Shown one piece after another: positions 11,693 to 24,995 of a DNA stretch of 64,000 nt. The notes beneath the pieces are model-generated. The model did not search any database, had not been told where the DNA came from, and worked only from the letters and a program-made list of their open reading frames with translations. The position numbers and the translations under genes are program-made. How positions within the stretch are numbered: the stretch's first letter is position 1; the number at the start of each line of letters is the position of its first letter. This stretch comes from Styela clava. Taxonomy: Eukaryota. The stretch is from positions 2,480,001 through 2,544,000 of the forward strand of contig NC_135257.1 of NCBI RefSeq assembly GCF_964204865.1, given 5' to 3'.

Positions 11693-13210
11693 GAATGCTG
11701 AATTAATTGCATGCATACGTCATAATCATTTAAAGTGAAGCTTAACTAGAATCAAAACGATCATGTTGCATTTAACCATATAACAATCATGGTGATATTA
11801 ACATCCTCTAAAGAAGGTTGAAATACGGTACAAATTTGTTTTACAGCAAGCGCGTATTTAAACAAGCTCCTCCCACGAGTGTTGTTTTAGTGTCATATTT
11901 TGTTGTTAGTCATTCCACCACTTGAAACTATTAGGGAGTAGTTGCTATCCTCCAGTTACTTTTTCATAGATCAAAAAGAGAACAAGTTGTCATTTAATTT
12001 TTGTTAAACTTGTAGTGAATAATTTTGCTATTTTGTTGTTGTTCTGAACTTTTTCCCCTCTCTCTACTTTTAGTCACAAAAATTCACCATATTACAAGTT
12101 ATACATTCAGCTGGATGTCAGTCATTCAAACCTGAGCTGATCCATTTGAGTAGTGCTCTCTAGTTTTCACGTGTTGTGAATATTTCTAGTTTTATGCTGT
12201 TTGTGTCTTTGTTAAGGGTGCTTTGAAAACGAATCATTGGATAGATTTACATTTAATTATTGTGGGTTGCTTTAGTTACAAATTGCTATGGCTTTGTTAT
12301 CAGATATGCTAACAATGACACAACATAGAAAGTCCTGAAGAGCCGTTTAGTATGTTAAAGATCATTTGTATTGTACAACTATTAAAGTATGAAATATTGT
12401 GTTATCATTCTACATGCAAATAACATTTTTTTTTTAAATTAGTTACACCAATCAATATATTTTAGCTTTTTATCAGTTTTAGGGGAACTTCATAATATCA
12501 GTGTTAAGATTATCCTAATTTTTAAGTAATTTCTGAACCATCTTGCCCTTTTATTTCATTTGCCATATCGTAACTGCATTTGCGTAATAAAAAAAACAAC
12601 AAAATGGGATGCGTTTTATGTTACATAATTCCAGATGGTATTGAGAGCTTGATGCTTTCTTTAATGGGCCATTGGCTTCCTGCTATGCTACTGAGTAATC
12701 GTCATTGACATGGGGGTATGCATAAATAAATCATCTGGCAAGTTCTGACGTGCAGGAATTTTTTTAACCTACTTCCCCAAAGAAAATAAGTGTGGATTGT
12801 TTGTCACATGCTATATAGGCCACTTGTGATGGATGTATTTAAGATTAAGTATATTAAAGCTGCACATTTAAAAGAAATGGTACACACATGAAAAGATCGT
12901 TTGTTCCAAGCAATAAAATAAATGCAATGAAATTTATAACACCGTTGGCTAATATTTGACAATTCCTTAGTGAAGATGTGATTTCAATGAGTTGAGGTAT
13001 GACAATAGATAACACAAGCGATTCGGGGCTGACATGATAAAGAGAAATTAAATATAGCACATGTATTTAATATGGAAGTGTTTAATTTATAGAATCTATT
13101 GAATATATACAAAATTGATTGATTGCTCATTAATGATACGTAAAACAATTATTAGAAGTGAAAAATGAATTGCAACAACCCAATGTTTTGATAATAAAAT
13201 AACACAATAT

Positions 13211-15259
13211 TTAGGTTTTTAAAATTTTTCTCGATGCAACAAGTTTTTTCACCACAGATGGATCAGCCAACGTACTGACATCACCAAGATTATCAGTGTC
13301 CTCCACTGCTATCTTTCTCAATATCCTGCGCATTATTTTCCCTGATCTTGTTTTAGGAAGTCCATCTGTGACGATAAAAATATCAGGTATTGCAAATGAA
13401 GATATTTTCTCCTTTATCATTTGTTTTAACTCCTTTTCCAAATCCTCAGCCGAAATATTTTGATTCTCTTTCAATGTCAAGAATGCGAATGGAGCCTCTC
13501 CTTTTATATCATGAGGGTAACCAACAACTGCAGATTCTGCAACTGCATGATGTTCATCAATAACATCTTCCACTTCAGCAGTTCCGAGTCTGTGTCCACT
13601 TACATTGATCACATCATCCATGCGACCAGTTATCTGATAATTACCATCAGCTGTTCGATTAGCACCATCTCCAGAAAAATATAACCCAGGATAAGGTTTA
13701 TAATAAGTTTCTATAAATCTGTTATGATCACCAAGAATGGTTCGAGCCATACCTGGCCATGGATATTTTATACAACAAGCACCAGAAACTGAATTCCCTT
13801 GAATCTCTGTCTTGGATTCATCAAGTAAAGCGGGCTGAATACCATAAAATGGTCGCATTGGCATAGCGGGTTCAATTGCATCATCCACCCCAGAAGGTCT
13901 GGGAGTTATCATAATCCCACCGGTCTCAGTTTGCCACCATGTATCCACAACAGTACACCTATTCTCTCCAACAACAGAGAGATACCACTCCCATGCCTCA
14001 TGATTTATTGGCTCACCCACACTTCCTAGAACTCGCAGAGAAGATCTATCATATTTCTTAACCCACGAGTCTCCGTGTTTCAAAAGCAAACGAATGGCAG
14101 TTGGCGCTCCATAAAATTGTGTTAGTTTAATTCTTTGAACCATGTCCCAATATCTTCCTGGATCTGGATATGTTGGAGTGCTTTCAAATAGAACTGTTGT
14201 AGTGCCATTACTCAGAGGGCCATAAACTACATAACTATGTCCCGTTATCCATCCAATGTCAGCAACACACCCAAAAATGTCGCCTTCTTGTATGTCAAAA
14301 ACAAATTTGCTTGTGACAGTAGCGTAAAGTAGATATCCTGCCTGGCTGTGAACAATTCCCTTAGGTTTTCCAGTACTCCCGGATGTGTATAATGTAAACA
14401 GCCAATCTTCACTATCCATAGACACTGGTTCGCACCATGAATTTTCATTAACAATTGCTTCATCAAAGTCAATGTCTTTTTCACTCATTGGTACATTAGC
14501 TCCAGTTCTCTTGCTGACAAGGACTGTTTGTACACTTGGGCATGTTTTGACTGCATCATCTACAGTCCTTTTCAATTCAATAACTTTCCCACCTCGTACA
14601 CCTTGGTCAGTGGTTATAACCATTTTCGAGCTTGAACTTTGAATTCTTTGTGCAAGTGCCTCTGCACTGAATCCAGCAAAAACAACATTGTGAACAGCAC
14701 CTATTCGTGCGCATGCTAGCATTGTTGCCACTGCAGTTGGTGAGACGGGCATGTAAATTGTTACACAATCTCCTTTCTTTATTCCTTGAGCCATCAAGCA
14801 ATTTGCAATCCTGCAAACCATGGATAGAAGTTCTTTGTATGAAACACTTTCAACTTCATTTGGCTGGTCTTTTTCCCAAATTAATGCCAACTTATCTGGT
14901 GTCTCATTTGCATGTCTGTCAACACAATTATAGCTGACATTGAGTTTACCGTCTGCGAACCACTTTATTTTTCCCTCATGCATATTACATTCTGAAACTC
15001 TTGTGAATGGTTGGTCCCAATGTAGTCGAGACTTGGCAAGTTCTCCCCAAAACATGTCTGAATGCGCAATACTGAATTTGTACAAATCTTCGTATGTATT
15101 TATGTTGGGGAAATTTGCAGCTTCAGGCATATCTGTTGATAAGAAACTCTTGTGCCTTTTACCAATTGGAGGAATGGCAAGTTTAGTATTCCACTTGCCG
15201 TTGATTCGACATCTCCCCAATATAACAGAAAAGAAAGAATGTTTTGATCTTGACCACAT
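13211..15259 (-). CDS. ACSS1: Acetyl-CoA synthetase, mitochondrial type (ACSS1-like), intronless, 682 aa from the first ATG
   Basis: AMP-binding motif YTSGSTGKPKG, DTWWQTETGG, and the C-terminal PKTRSGKIMRR regulatory lysine motif. The segment QFYGAPTAIRLLLKHGDSWVKKYDRSSLR is characteristic of vertebrate ACSS1. The N-terminus is R/K/S-rich and lacks acidic residues, like a mitochondrial presequence. The ORF-track start at 15277 is TTG; the first ATG is at 15259. Confidence 0.92.
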   Translation of the reverse strand: MWSRSKHSFFSVILGRCRINGKWNTKLAIPPIGKRHKSFLSTDMPEAANFPNINTYEDLYKFSIAHSDMFWGELAKSRLHWDQPFTRVSECNMHEGKIKWFADGKLNVSYNCVDRHANETPDKLALIWEKDQPNEVESVSYKELLSMVCRIANCLMAQGIKKGDCVTIYMPVSPTAVATMLACARIGAVHNVVFAGFSAEALAQRIQSSSSKMVITTDQGVRGGKVIELKRTVDDAVKTCPSVQTVLVSKRTGANVPMSEKDIDFDEAIVNENSWCEPVSMDSEDWLFTLYTSGSTGKPKGIVHSQAGYLLYATVTSKFVFDIQEGDIFGCVADIGWITGHSYVVYGPLSNGTTTVLFESTPTYPDPGRYWDMVQRIKLTQFYGAPTAIRLLLKHGDSWVKKYDRSSLRVLGSVGEPINHEAWEWYLSVVGENRCTVVDTWWQTETGGIMITPRPSGVDDAIEPAMPMRPFYGIQPALLDESKTEIQGNSVSGACCIKYPWPGMARTILGDHNRFIETYYKPYPGLYFSGDGANRTADGNYQITGRMDDVINVSGHRLGTAEVEDVIDEHHAVAESAVVGYPHDIKGEAPFAFLTLKENQNISAEDLEKELKQMIKEKISSFAIPDIFIVTDGLPKTRSGKIMRRILRKIAVEDTDNLGDVSTLADPSVVKKLVASRKILKT

Positions 15260-17938
15260 ACTGCCATTAATCTCCAATGTACTGGATCGCTAATACAGTA
15301 ATATGAAACAAGGACGCGACCACTACGCATATAGCAGCAGTCAGCAAGCGCGTCTCTAATTTGCAGAGTCGATTGCGTCGATAGCATTGTGGAAAATTCC
15401 CCTAACCGCGCACCACATTCCGAAGAATTAGAAGGTTGGGACAGCTGGTACTGTGAAAACCAACACTTTTCGGTTCGCGTGCCAAAATCGGCTAAATTCA
15501 ATAACAAAATTATTCAGCTTCCCTATCGAAATTTGTGAAAACATACTACTGACATTTTTAAAGGTATATGTGAAGAGGAAGAGCCTTGAGGAAATGAGAA
15601 AATGAGTCTGGTTCTTACGTCATAACATATTTCTTTGTAGCCATTTGTCATAAAAGAACTGAAGAGTTCAATTATATTAAATAACGAACTGTTAACATAC
15701 GAAAGCAAACACCAATTTCCATCGGATGATACTTTTTAAAGGGGAAAGTTCTTGTTTCTGAGGCTTCGTTCGCGTTCCAGATAGCCGTGCTTGTGTGAGT
15801 TTGGCACGCGTATCAATGGTTGCCCACTCCTGGTCTATATAATTTACTACCAACATCCCAGAATTGACATCTGGCGTCATGTGTCCCGGGCTGGGCTAAG
15901 GATGTATGGATGTTGTTTGTATATTAAACCACTTATCACCTTTTCCGCAATGCCCAATCTAGCAATCAGTGTAGTTTTTCATGGCTTGGTTTTTCTTAAA
16001 GCTTTCATGGCTTCATGAGTATGACTATCGTCGCAAATTTATTACATTCCACTCCCCACATTATCTTTGCATGAGGTTGTAGGTATTGGTCATTATCAAC
16101 GTAATTGTTGAAAGAGAGTACAACAGCCCGAAAGTTTATTACTATCGTGTATTTTGTTTTTTAAATTGGGCCCAAGCCTCATTTAATTGGGCTTGTGTTT
16201 TTGTGTGCGTGCTGGTGGGCAGGCACATGAGATACTTCATGTTTTAAACTTTTTTGTAGGTTTTGCTTGCCCTCCAGAATTCTCCATTTTAAATTTAGGT
16301 TTGTTATGGAGTTTTCGAAATAAACTATCTATCTATCTATCTTCTAGTTTAATCCAAGTTTAGTGTCAGGTGTTGTCAATTACCCAGTGAGTTGAAGTCG
16401 AGTCATAACAACTTGAAACAAGGTTTTCAACGTCACTGAAGAATGCTGCTGGAAATTATCACTCATCGGATAAGGTGATTGGTCATAACGATTTCAATAT
16501 TAGGACTACTATATTTTTGGTGTTTTTCACGTAATCCAGATCATCAAAATATAGACTACTAGTACTGTTATGGTTTTACTGGTCGTAGTTCTGATCTGAC
16601 CATCAAAACAAGAGAGCAATGCTCAAATATATGGACATGCAGAACAATTCCCCAAAAGTCATATGCGGTGACTCACCAATACATGTATCGGGGTACTGTG
16701 ACGGTACAGGGACTGTCATAGTTATTTTATGCAATATGCAGGGAAATGAGATACTTTGGAGTGATACCACGGGGAACGGAACACATGTTTGCTTCTGAGA
16801 TACAAAGGTGCAACACCTTGCTTGTCGAATTTTTGTGGCGATCTTCACTATCATGGGCATTGTATTAGATGTTCCTGGGGACGGATATAACAGAATCAGA
16901 ATACTCTTCATAATCACATGCGTACTAATTGCCTCAACAATGATTTTGATAACAGGCTAAATGAGCATTCGAACGATCTGATATATCCGAGTCACTACTG
17001 TAAGATAACACCAAGTACGGCGCTATCCGCATATTTACCATTCCATTTCTCAAATCTTAGCAAAGCAAGGATTCCGTTACGAACCACCGTCGTTCGATGG
17101 CACGTGATCAAAAGAACATAAGGTGGAGGGCCAGCATATGCGTCCGCAGAACGTTCGATGACTTCATAGCAAACAAAAACAAATCTCACAGAGCTAACAT
17201 TGCATTGCTAGCAATTTTGTTTTGTGATTTGGCACATACCCCTGTGTTATTTTACCATCCTCATCTAGTTATTTGGGCTGGGACGTATTTTTTGTTCGCA
17301 TGTAGGTGACTCTCCAACGAGATAGCCTACGTTTCAGAACTTCGTAGACGGAAATGCGGGTAGTGATTCGGAGAAAGCTGCGCCAGTAGGTGACTAAATG
17401 TGTTTGCTATGCTTGTTTTTATTAAATATCTCAAATTGAACCAATGGATGACAATGAGCCAAATCATAATATCACTTGTAGCCCATCACAAATAGAGCTG
17501 CTATCTACGAATAATTGTAGTGCACCTGTTTAGAAACTCTGGTTTATTTGAGTAATGATGAAATTCCCCATTTCAAACATCCCGTTTGTTCGATCAATCA
17601 AGAGACCGTACCCTTATGTGGTTTATTTTATTTTCACATAAGTGTAGCTATTATCCATTAAAAATAATCACAACCAACAGTAAATAAAAAAACTTTTACG
17701 AACAATTTTAGATTTTTTAACTGGTATATATAGACGATATATATATACATCGGCCGTTTACTGCCGATATGATATATCGGCAAATACACAACATCGAGCC
17801 GATATAACGGTTGAGCTCTAATCCTGGAGGAGTGTGACAGTAAAGATTCAAGCTTCCAGTCTCAACGTGAATCAAAGTACCAAAGGATACAAGTCACAAC
17901 TGTAGTTTGAAATTTTACCGCTACCTAGTAGTCTACCT

Positions 17939-18711
17939 CAGAGTGGTTCATGGTTGCTAGGTTGAAGGACCGCAAAAACTTTTGAGGAGGTCTCGCGGGC
18001 CGCAAGTCGGAGAAAACCCAAAAGTGATCGAAATATCGCGAGTTTACGTACTTTTAATTTAATAAACAACGAGAGTTTACCGTTCCAATCAGACAATTAT
18101 TATGTTGCATGGGTGGCGTTCTTTTAAAGAAGATATATAAAGCCTTCAGTTATTTAAAAATAATTCCCTAAAATTAACGTTGTATTTTCCGCATCTCGCG
18201 TTTGATGTCGCTTCAAATTAAAATCTTTCGTAACAGATATTACTTGAAATCAAACCAGACCCTGTTTGATGGGCAAGGAAATACGTTTCCGCCGTGTTTT
18301 CCTTATGCCACTTTTTTTGTGACAATCATTTTATTACGACTTGTTATATTTGAGTAATTTCAAACTTGCAGGGTGAGCAAGCTTAGTGACATAACCCCAA
18401 GTCCGTCTAAGTTGGTATTTCGGGACCTTGCTGAAAAAAAAAGTTAAGGATTGCGGATTGCGAGGCGTTAAGTCGGCTCTGCGTTTCGTCACTACTGTCA
18501 CATGGCCCACGCTTGAAAACAGGAGGAGTGTTTTTACTAAAATAAAGGCACAAAGCGTTAGAAAAAAGGGTTTGAATTTTGGGATTCCAAACCCAGTTGG
18601 AATATCTAAGAAAAAACTCAGAAACGCTCTGCTATTAAATACAAACATACGCTAAAATCGTTCTGTGGGCCGCACAGAATGTATCAGCATGACAGGGTTT
18701 GGACCACCCTG
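17939..18711. mobile_element. Non-autonomous hAT element
   Basis: Ends CAGAGTGGTTCA / TGGACCACCCTG. Flanking 8-mers GTCTACCT / ATCTACCT (7/8). Subterminal GGGCCGCA motifs. Confidence 0.7.
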
Positions 18712-19679
18712 ATCTACCTTATCAAAAAACTCCCGACTTCGCTGACCCCTAGATCGTTAAAATGCGATCGTGGAACCACCACATTGTGCAAATAGTTCAT
18801 TGGTCCAATTGTTGAGAAGAAAAGAATTTTTTTTAAAACAAAAATGCAGCAACAAAGAGAATACTAGAAAGAAAAAACAACAACAATTTTACAAAACGAC
18901 TCATAGGCCCATTTCGTGTCCAATAAATAAGTTTCAGTGTTTATTTTTGAAGACAAAAAAAAATAATCGAACATTTTGAAGTTTGAGTTGTCTGATGAAC
19001 TCGTAATATTTCAAATAAACACCGATAAACTATATAAAATTCTTCTATAAAAATTTCTGCGGTGCCCCTCTTTGCTGGTGCCCGTGCTTATATTGTTTAA
19101 TGGTTAATCCGTCGCTGATTGGACCAAAACACTGTGATGATGTTTTGTGACTTATGCATGTATTTTTGACCAAAGTTGCAGATTAGTCAACAGACTATAC
19201 CGCACCATCTTCATAATCACCTTCAATATTCATTGTAAGTGATTTCAAAGAAAACCGTGTATATGGAAAAACAAAAGGCTGTAAATCAATTCCAAAAAGC
19301 TTCTAAATAAACGCAAACCAGAAAAAAAAAACGACAAAAAGAAAAATAAGTGCACGTCCTTGTATATCTTGCGAGAAAGTTTATTGTGAAGCTTTAAGAC
19401 ATCTCTGTATAATTCATAAAGATGAACCGACAGTAAGCATAATTTTGTCTCTCCTCAACAACTTAATCTAGTGGGCATATCCACATTCGTATACATACTT
19501 TTCATGCATTTTTACTATTTAATTATAAATTCAAAATAACGAACATGTTTTCGTGTTCCGAGTTGGTGCAAATATTTTATATAAATTGTGCAAAGATTAT
19601 AAATTGATATTGGGGTTCAATAATTTCATGTTGATCGCCTGTATAGTTGACTGTATAATCACTATACTTAAGCGCCCTG

Positions 19680-20594
19680 ATAGGTAGACATTTGAGTTAT
19701 AATTGGTGTAATGTTTCTCATATCAATTGACATGGCAAAATTTTGTTTCGCATTTATAGGACCCACTGAAATCGTCACTTAATTGAGCATTTGAAATGTT
19801 ATCGATATTTTTTCAGAATTTCGTGTTTTAATTACATATCTTCGGAAATGGTCGGATGGTTGAAATTTTTTTACTATTGCCATTCCAAAGTATCATTTTG
19901 CATTTACATGACAGTCATCGGATAGGTGAACATTTGAGATAAATGTTGAGCAATTTTCCATAACATCAAAATATGATTAGCATTTCAAAATTTCGTATTT
20001 TAATTATATTTTACACACTTAAATGGTCGAATAAGTTAACATTTGAGATATATTTTGTGTAAGATTTCTCAATATGATTTCAGAATTTTGTTTCAATAGT
20101 TGTATGCCACACTTAGATGGTCGGATAGGTGGACATTTGAGATATACTTTGTATAATGTATCTCGATATGATTTCAGAGTTTTATTTTAAATTTTTTGTT
20201 TGCCATACTTGAATAGCCGGATAGGTGGACATTTGAAATATATATTTTGTGTAATGTTTCTCAATATGATTTCAGAATTTTCATTTCAATTCTTGTATGC
20301 CACACTTAGATGGTCGGATAGGTGGACATTTGAGATAGACTTTCTATAATGTTTCTCAATATGATTTCAGAGTTTTTAATTTGATTGTTTTATGCCACAC
20401 TTACGTGGTCGGAAAGGTGGACATTTGAGATATACTTTGTGTAATGTTTCTCAATATGATTTCAGAGTTTTCATTTTGATTGTTTTATGCCACACTTACG
20501 TGGTCGGAAAGGTGGACATTTGAGATATACTTGGTATAATGTTTCTCAATATGATTTCAGAGTTTTCATTTTGATTGTTTTATGCCACACTTAG
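19680..20594. repeat. Tandem minisatellite, unit about 95 bp
   Basis: Unit GGTCGGATAGGTGGACATTTGAGATATACTTT..TATGCCACACTTA recurs at about 20025, 20119, 20216, 20312, 20407 and 20502, with more degenerate copies back to about 19680. Confidence 0.9.
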
Positions 20595-20711
20595 GTAAAT
20601 ACCCAGTGACTTTTTATATATTCCTCGCGATTTTGACCATATACAATAATGTACCCCATTTGAGCGAATGGGCTAAAAAAAGCTCCGAATTGGTCGACAG
20701 CGAATCGACTA

Positions 20712-21059
20712 CCCTGTTTCCCCGAAAATAAGACCCAGCATGAATATTCTAAATAATTTTAATATGAGCCCTCCCCTTAAAATAAGACCTAGTCGATAAC
20801 CAATTTTTTTTTGACCTGGGCGATAGCAAGAAATCTTTCCTACTCGTTTTAAAGGAATTAATAATCTATGTTAAGCAGTTATTTTAAATAAAAACGAGTT
20901 ATTTATAAGTAAATGGATATCGTTTTCCATATTTTGTATATTTGAAAACCTCGTAATTCTCGAGATGAAAATTAAAGACATCCCATGAAAATAAGCCCTA
21001 GTGGTATTTTTCGAGAGAAAATTGAAATAAGACACTGTCATATTTTCGGGGAAACACGG
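20712..21059. mobile_element. pogo/Tigger-type MITE
   Basis: 23-bp TIRs CCCTGTTTCCCCGAAAATAAGAC / GTCATATTTTCGGGGAAACACGG with 2 mismatches. TA TSD. Internal AATAAGACC-type repeats. Confidence 0.85.
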
Positions 21060-22071
21060 TATATCTTGAACGGATGTTATTACTTGTGTGAAGTTTTGTC
21101 AGTGCGTAGCTCACTATATGCTACAGAAAACGAGGCCCAATTGCAGCCAAAACTAGCATGTAACCGCAATGCACCTAATAAATGCATCTCGTATATATAT
21201 AAATGAAAAATACGTTAATGGCTCAGGAGGGTTTTCGAATAAAGAGTCACAATATACCAATGTTAAATATTTTCGTCGAACAATAGCATGACATATGAGT
21301 GAATACCTAGAAAAGTTAATGAGTTTTACTCGTTATAGTAATCAAGTATTTATGACCAGAACATACTAGGAATTATGGAACCACAGTTCTTTTTACTAGT
21401 TGTTACTTTTCCGTTCTTTACATTTTATACTTCACTAACACACGTAGCTTCGATCAATGGAATGCTATTTTTTAAATACAATACACTCGTGCGTGAGATT
21501 GCCGTTTATAGAAGGAGCTTGTCAAGTTGTCATTAAGATTGTTGGGAAATATTTTCAACTAACAGGTTGAGTGGAAATAGTTTACTTTGCATTTGTTTTT
21601 CGCTTTTTCAAGCTTTCAATTATTTTATTGGTTTTCAAAACACAAAAGTCTTGAAAGTTCAAATGATTTGGTATTAATATTTACACCTTAGATTTAGAAT
21701 ATCAGTATACTTGTTCTGCTTATTAATCTGTTTGGGAGATTATTCAAAGCTACGTCACGGAAGCAGGTCAAACACTAATTTCTGTTCTGATGAATATACA
21801 CAATCGTTTAATCCATTAATCGCTAGATTTGTCTCACTTAATTGTTCGTAAAAAATAGGTCGCTTCAAAATAAGGTCGGCAAATACTCTTCCAGTAGAGT
21901 AGACTATAAAAATGAATTAACTGTGTTCTTTCCCAGATTAAACCTATCAGCCTAGTCGTGTTGACATTGATAACGAATGTTCGATTTAGTATCAATGCTC
22001 AACTTACCCATTTTGGATGAAACAAAATTTTTTTAACTAAATTTATTTTATAGCTTCATTATCTAAGAGTC

Positions 22072-24995
22072 ATGAGAAATTTAAATATTTTTCTCTTGTT
22101 ATGTGCGTTATTTGGAATGGCATTTTCAAAGTTTTGTCCAAGGATAGGACTAGAAGACGTTGATTGGGTAAAGGTAAGTGATATGTGATAGTAGTAAACA
22201 AATTTATTTTTCTTTCAGTTGCAATGCATGATCATATAGAAAACAATGAAAAATCATATAGAAAACAATTTCATAAGCATTTAGATTCGATTTCACAGGG
22301 TATACCAAGCCAAGGTACTCCACTTCTCATTGTTACTCAAATATAAATAATAATGCTGACGCCATGTATATCTAACGACATGTATATTTGATCTGATAAT
22401 GTTTACACTTATGACAAAACGTTTCTCAATATCAAATGGTTTTTATTATTTACTATAAAGATTTTGAATCCATAATATTTTCAGTTTAGTTAACTCGAGG
22501 CAACATGGTATGATGTAATTGACAATCCGCAGTACGAATACCTAATTGATTGTTGGGATTGGAAGAGTTTTGTAGCAATTGGAGATGGATTTGCAATGAA
22601 TGCAACTATGTATGCCCAAGGGTATGTCCTTACGTTTAAAAAAAATATTTTTGGACCAAAATCCCGTTTCGATTATCATAATGTTTATGTATATATTGTG
22701 GTAACTATGTTTCTTTCGGCTATTTTCGGTCGTCAAGTTGCATATTAGACAGAATTAATATTAATAATGACCGATTAGTTGTTCACTTCGTTGTTGTGGC
22801 ATTATGTTTTGTATCTTCCTAGTCAAGAGTGTTGCTGAAATCGTTATCTTGATTTACGATGTACAGTTCCTACAACTAAACTAAAACGACAAATACGCAT
22901 ATTTATGGTATATTAACATTTAAAACGACAATGCCAGTATAGATATATTTTAAATATGTATGTGTAAACATGTCTTTGCACGTTGATTTGAACATGCGTT
23001 TCTCTGTAACAAACGCTTGAACATGGTAGCAAAATATGACTAATCGCGCGAAATTATTTTCTATCTAGTTAATAATATACGATCGGCATCACCGACATGC
23101 CCAAACACACCCTCTCAACAATTGTGGAACGCTCAGCGATATCCGCATGGTAACAATCTAAATTGTAGCAATTCTATGGTTAGTTTAAGATTTCACGTTT
23201 CTAGCTGAATATGCTGAGAAAAGAAATGGCATGGCATCATAGGACTTATAATGTCCGATTTCAATATTTTTTGAAGAATTTGTAATGTTTTGCCGGAATC
23301 AAGAGAAAGCGTCGGCTATCCGTTTCAATCATAAGACTTGATGGTGTCATTTTACTGCAATCATTTTAATATTGCCACATTTTATTTTCATGTTCACAGT
23401 CGACCGGTAGAGAAACATTTAGATGTTTACCTGCATTTCATTCCCAACGAAGATGGAATTTATTCCGTCAACCAGGCTCACAGTAATTTATTTTTTTTTA
23501 ATTCAAATAAAAGTAAAACACTTGGCGTAATTATAGCATATTGCACGAGAAAATTTTATACTCATAAGTGAATATATATTATGATGCCTAGTTTGATCTG
23601 AACAACCCCACGCTCCTCGAGTAAACTCTTTTTTTCCTTACATATATCATAAATCGTAATACGTTTCACATGAGAGCAATATAGTATTTAACAAAGCGAT
23701 ATATTTATATTCGATCTGCTTCTTGTTTAGAATCAGCATACGCCAGTAGAGTTAAAGAATCCATTACTCATAAAGCTGATGAAGAAATGCTGAAGGCCGC
23801 TGATGTTGGCAAGCACTTTTTATTTTTTTTATTACTTCATGTTCAGTATGTTTTACGTAGAATAATGCACTTCAATGGAGCGAGAGTTGAGCCCAAAAAA
23901 TGAAATAAAATATCCCGTTCACGCATTCGACTGTTCGAGTTCCGTTCTGTTCAAATACATTTCTCATATATACTATGCAATTTTTATTTAACAATACATT
24001 TGATATTTTATTTATTCGTATACGTTGTCATGTAATAATGCCTTTTTTATTCAGTTGCTGACATCATTTTCTCGGCAAAATACTTCTTTGTAACAAACTA
24101 CAAAACCTATTTCATTGTTGCACAATGCGATCCAGAAGAAGGTGATGTGGATATTTAATAATTATACTTATATGTAGACTCATTTTTTTTATTTTTTGTA
24201 ATGTATACAGTGTGTTCCCTTTCTAGAAAATCCAATAACCATCAAATTTGGGGGTTTAATAAGATTTGTATATCCATAATATTGGTATGAATAATAATGA
24301 ATAAGCGCCCATTGTTTACAAAGCAATCAACCGAAATTTTACCAATCTTTTATGTATTTGACGCTCATGAAAAATAAGACAAAAAGAGTAAGAGTAGACT
24401 ATAAATTTATTTCTACTTTACTTGGCTACTTACTATTATACACAGTTCATTATCTTATATTTGAGTAAAAACGGCAATCGCGACAACGACATATTTGTCC
24501 TTTTTCGTGGGTAATGAAATGTTAGATAGGTTACTCATTGAATTAATATATTTTACTAGTCTTCAAGTCTTGAGGAGTTGGTTAGTAAGATTATTGATTA
24601 GGCAAAAAACTTGTATTAATATGGTGTAAGTTAAACACGATTATAAATAACGGCAATCGCGACAACGACATATTTGTCCTTTTTTCGTGGGTAATGAAAT
24701 ATTAGATAGGTTACTCATTGAATTAATATATTTTACTAGTCTTCAAGTCTCGAAGAGTTGGTTAGTAAGATTATTGATTAGGCAAAAAACTTGTATTAAT
24801 ATGGTGTAAGTTGAACACGATTATAAATAACGGCAAACGCGTTCTTAAATTTCAGGTATGGCCATTTTTGTTAAAAATAGAAGAGTACGACCAAATGGCC
24901 AGGATATTTTGAATGTATGGAATTTACTGATCGAAAACGAGGAAATTCCTAGAGAAGACATGGTCTTCAAGCAAACGTGCATCAACAGAAATTAA
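22072..24995 (+). pseudogene. ApoD/Lazarillo-like lipocalin copy A (soluble type) with in-frame TAA; probable pseudogene or null allele
   Basis: Exons 22072-22173, 22485-22621, 23400-23482, 23731-23808 (GC donor), 24055-24141, 24856-24995. Signal peptide then CPRIGLEDVDWVK, ATWYDV, FVTNYKTYFIVAQC, FVKNR and terminal CINRN. TAA at 22491-22493 aligns with Lys in copy B. Confidence 0.75.
24470..24836. repeat. Near-perfect 179/180-bp tandem duplication in lipocalin A intron 5
   Basis: Units start at 24470 and 24649. AACGGCAA occurs at all three junctions (24470, 24649, 24829). Confidence 0.9.

Noticed and set aside
13211-15277. Bacterial acs gene (contamination or HGT) starting at TTG 15277
   Set aside because: The sequence has animal ACSS1-type segments and a presequence-like N-terminus, its base composition is similar to the other host exons, and an ATG is available at 15259. 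A phylogeny would be decisive.
19680-20594. CRISPR-like array
   Set aside because: Whole 95-bp units repeat with no unique spacers, there are no cas genes, and the context is eukaryotic.
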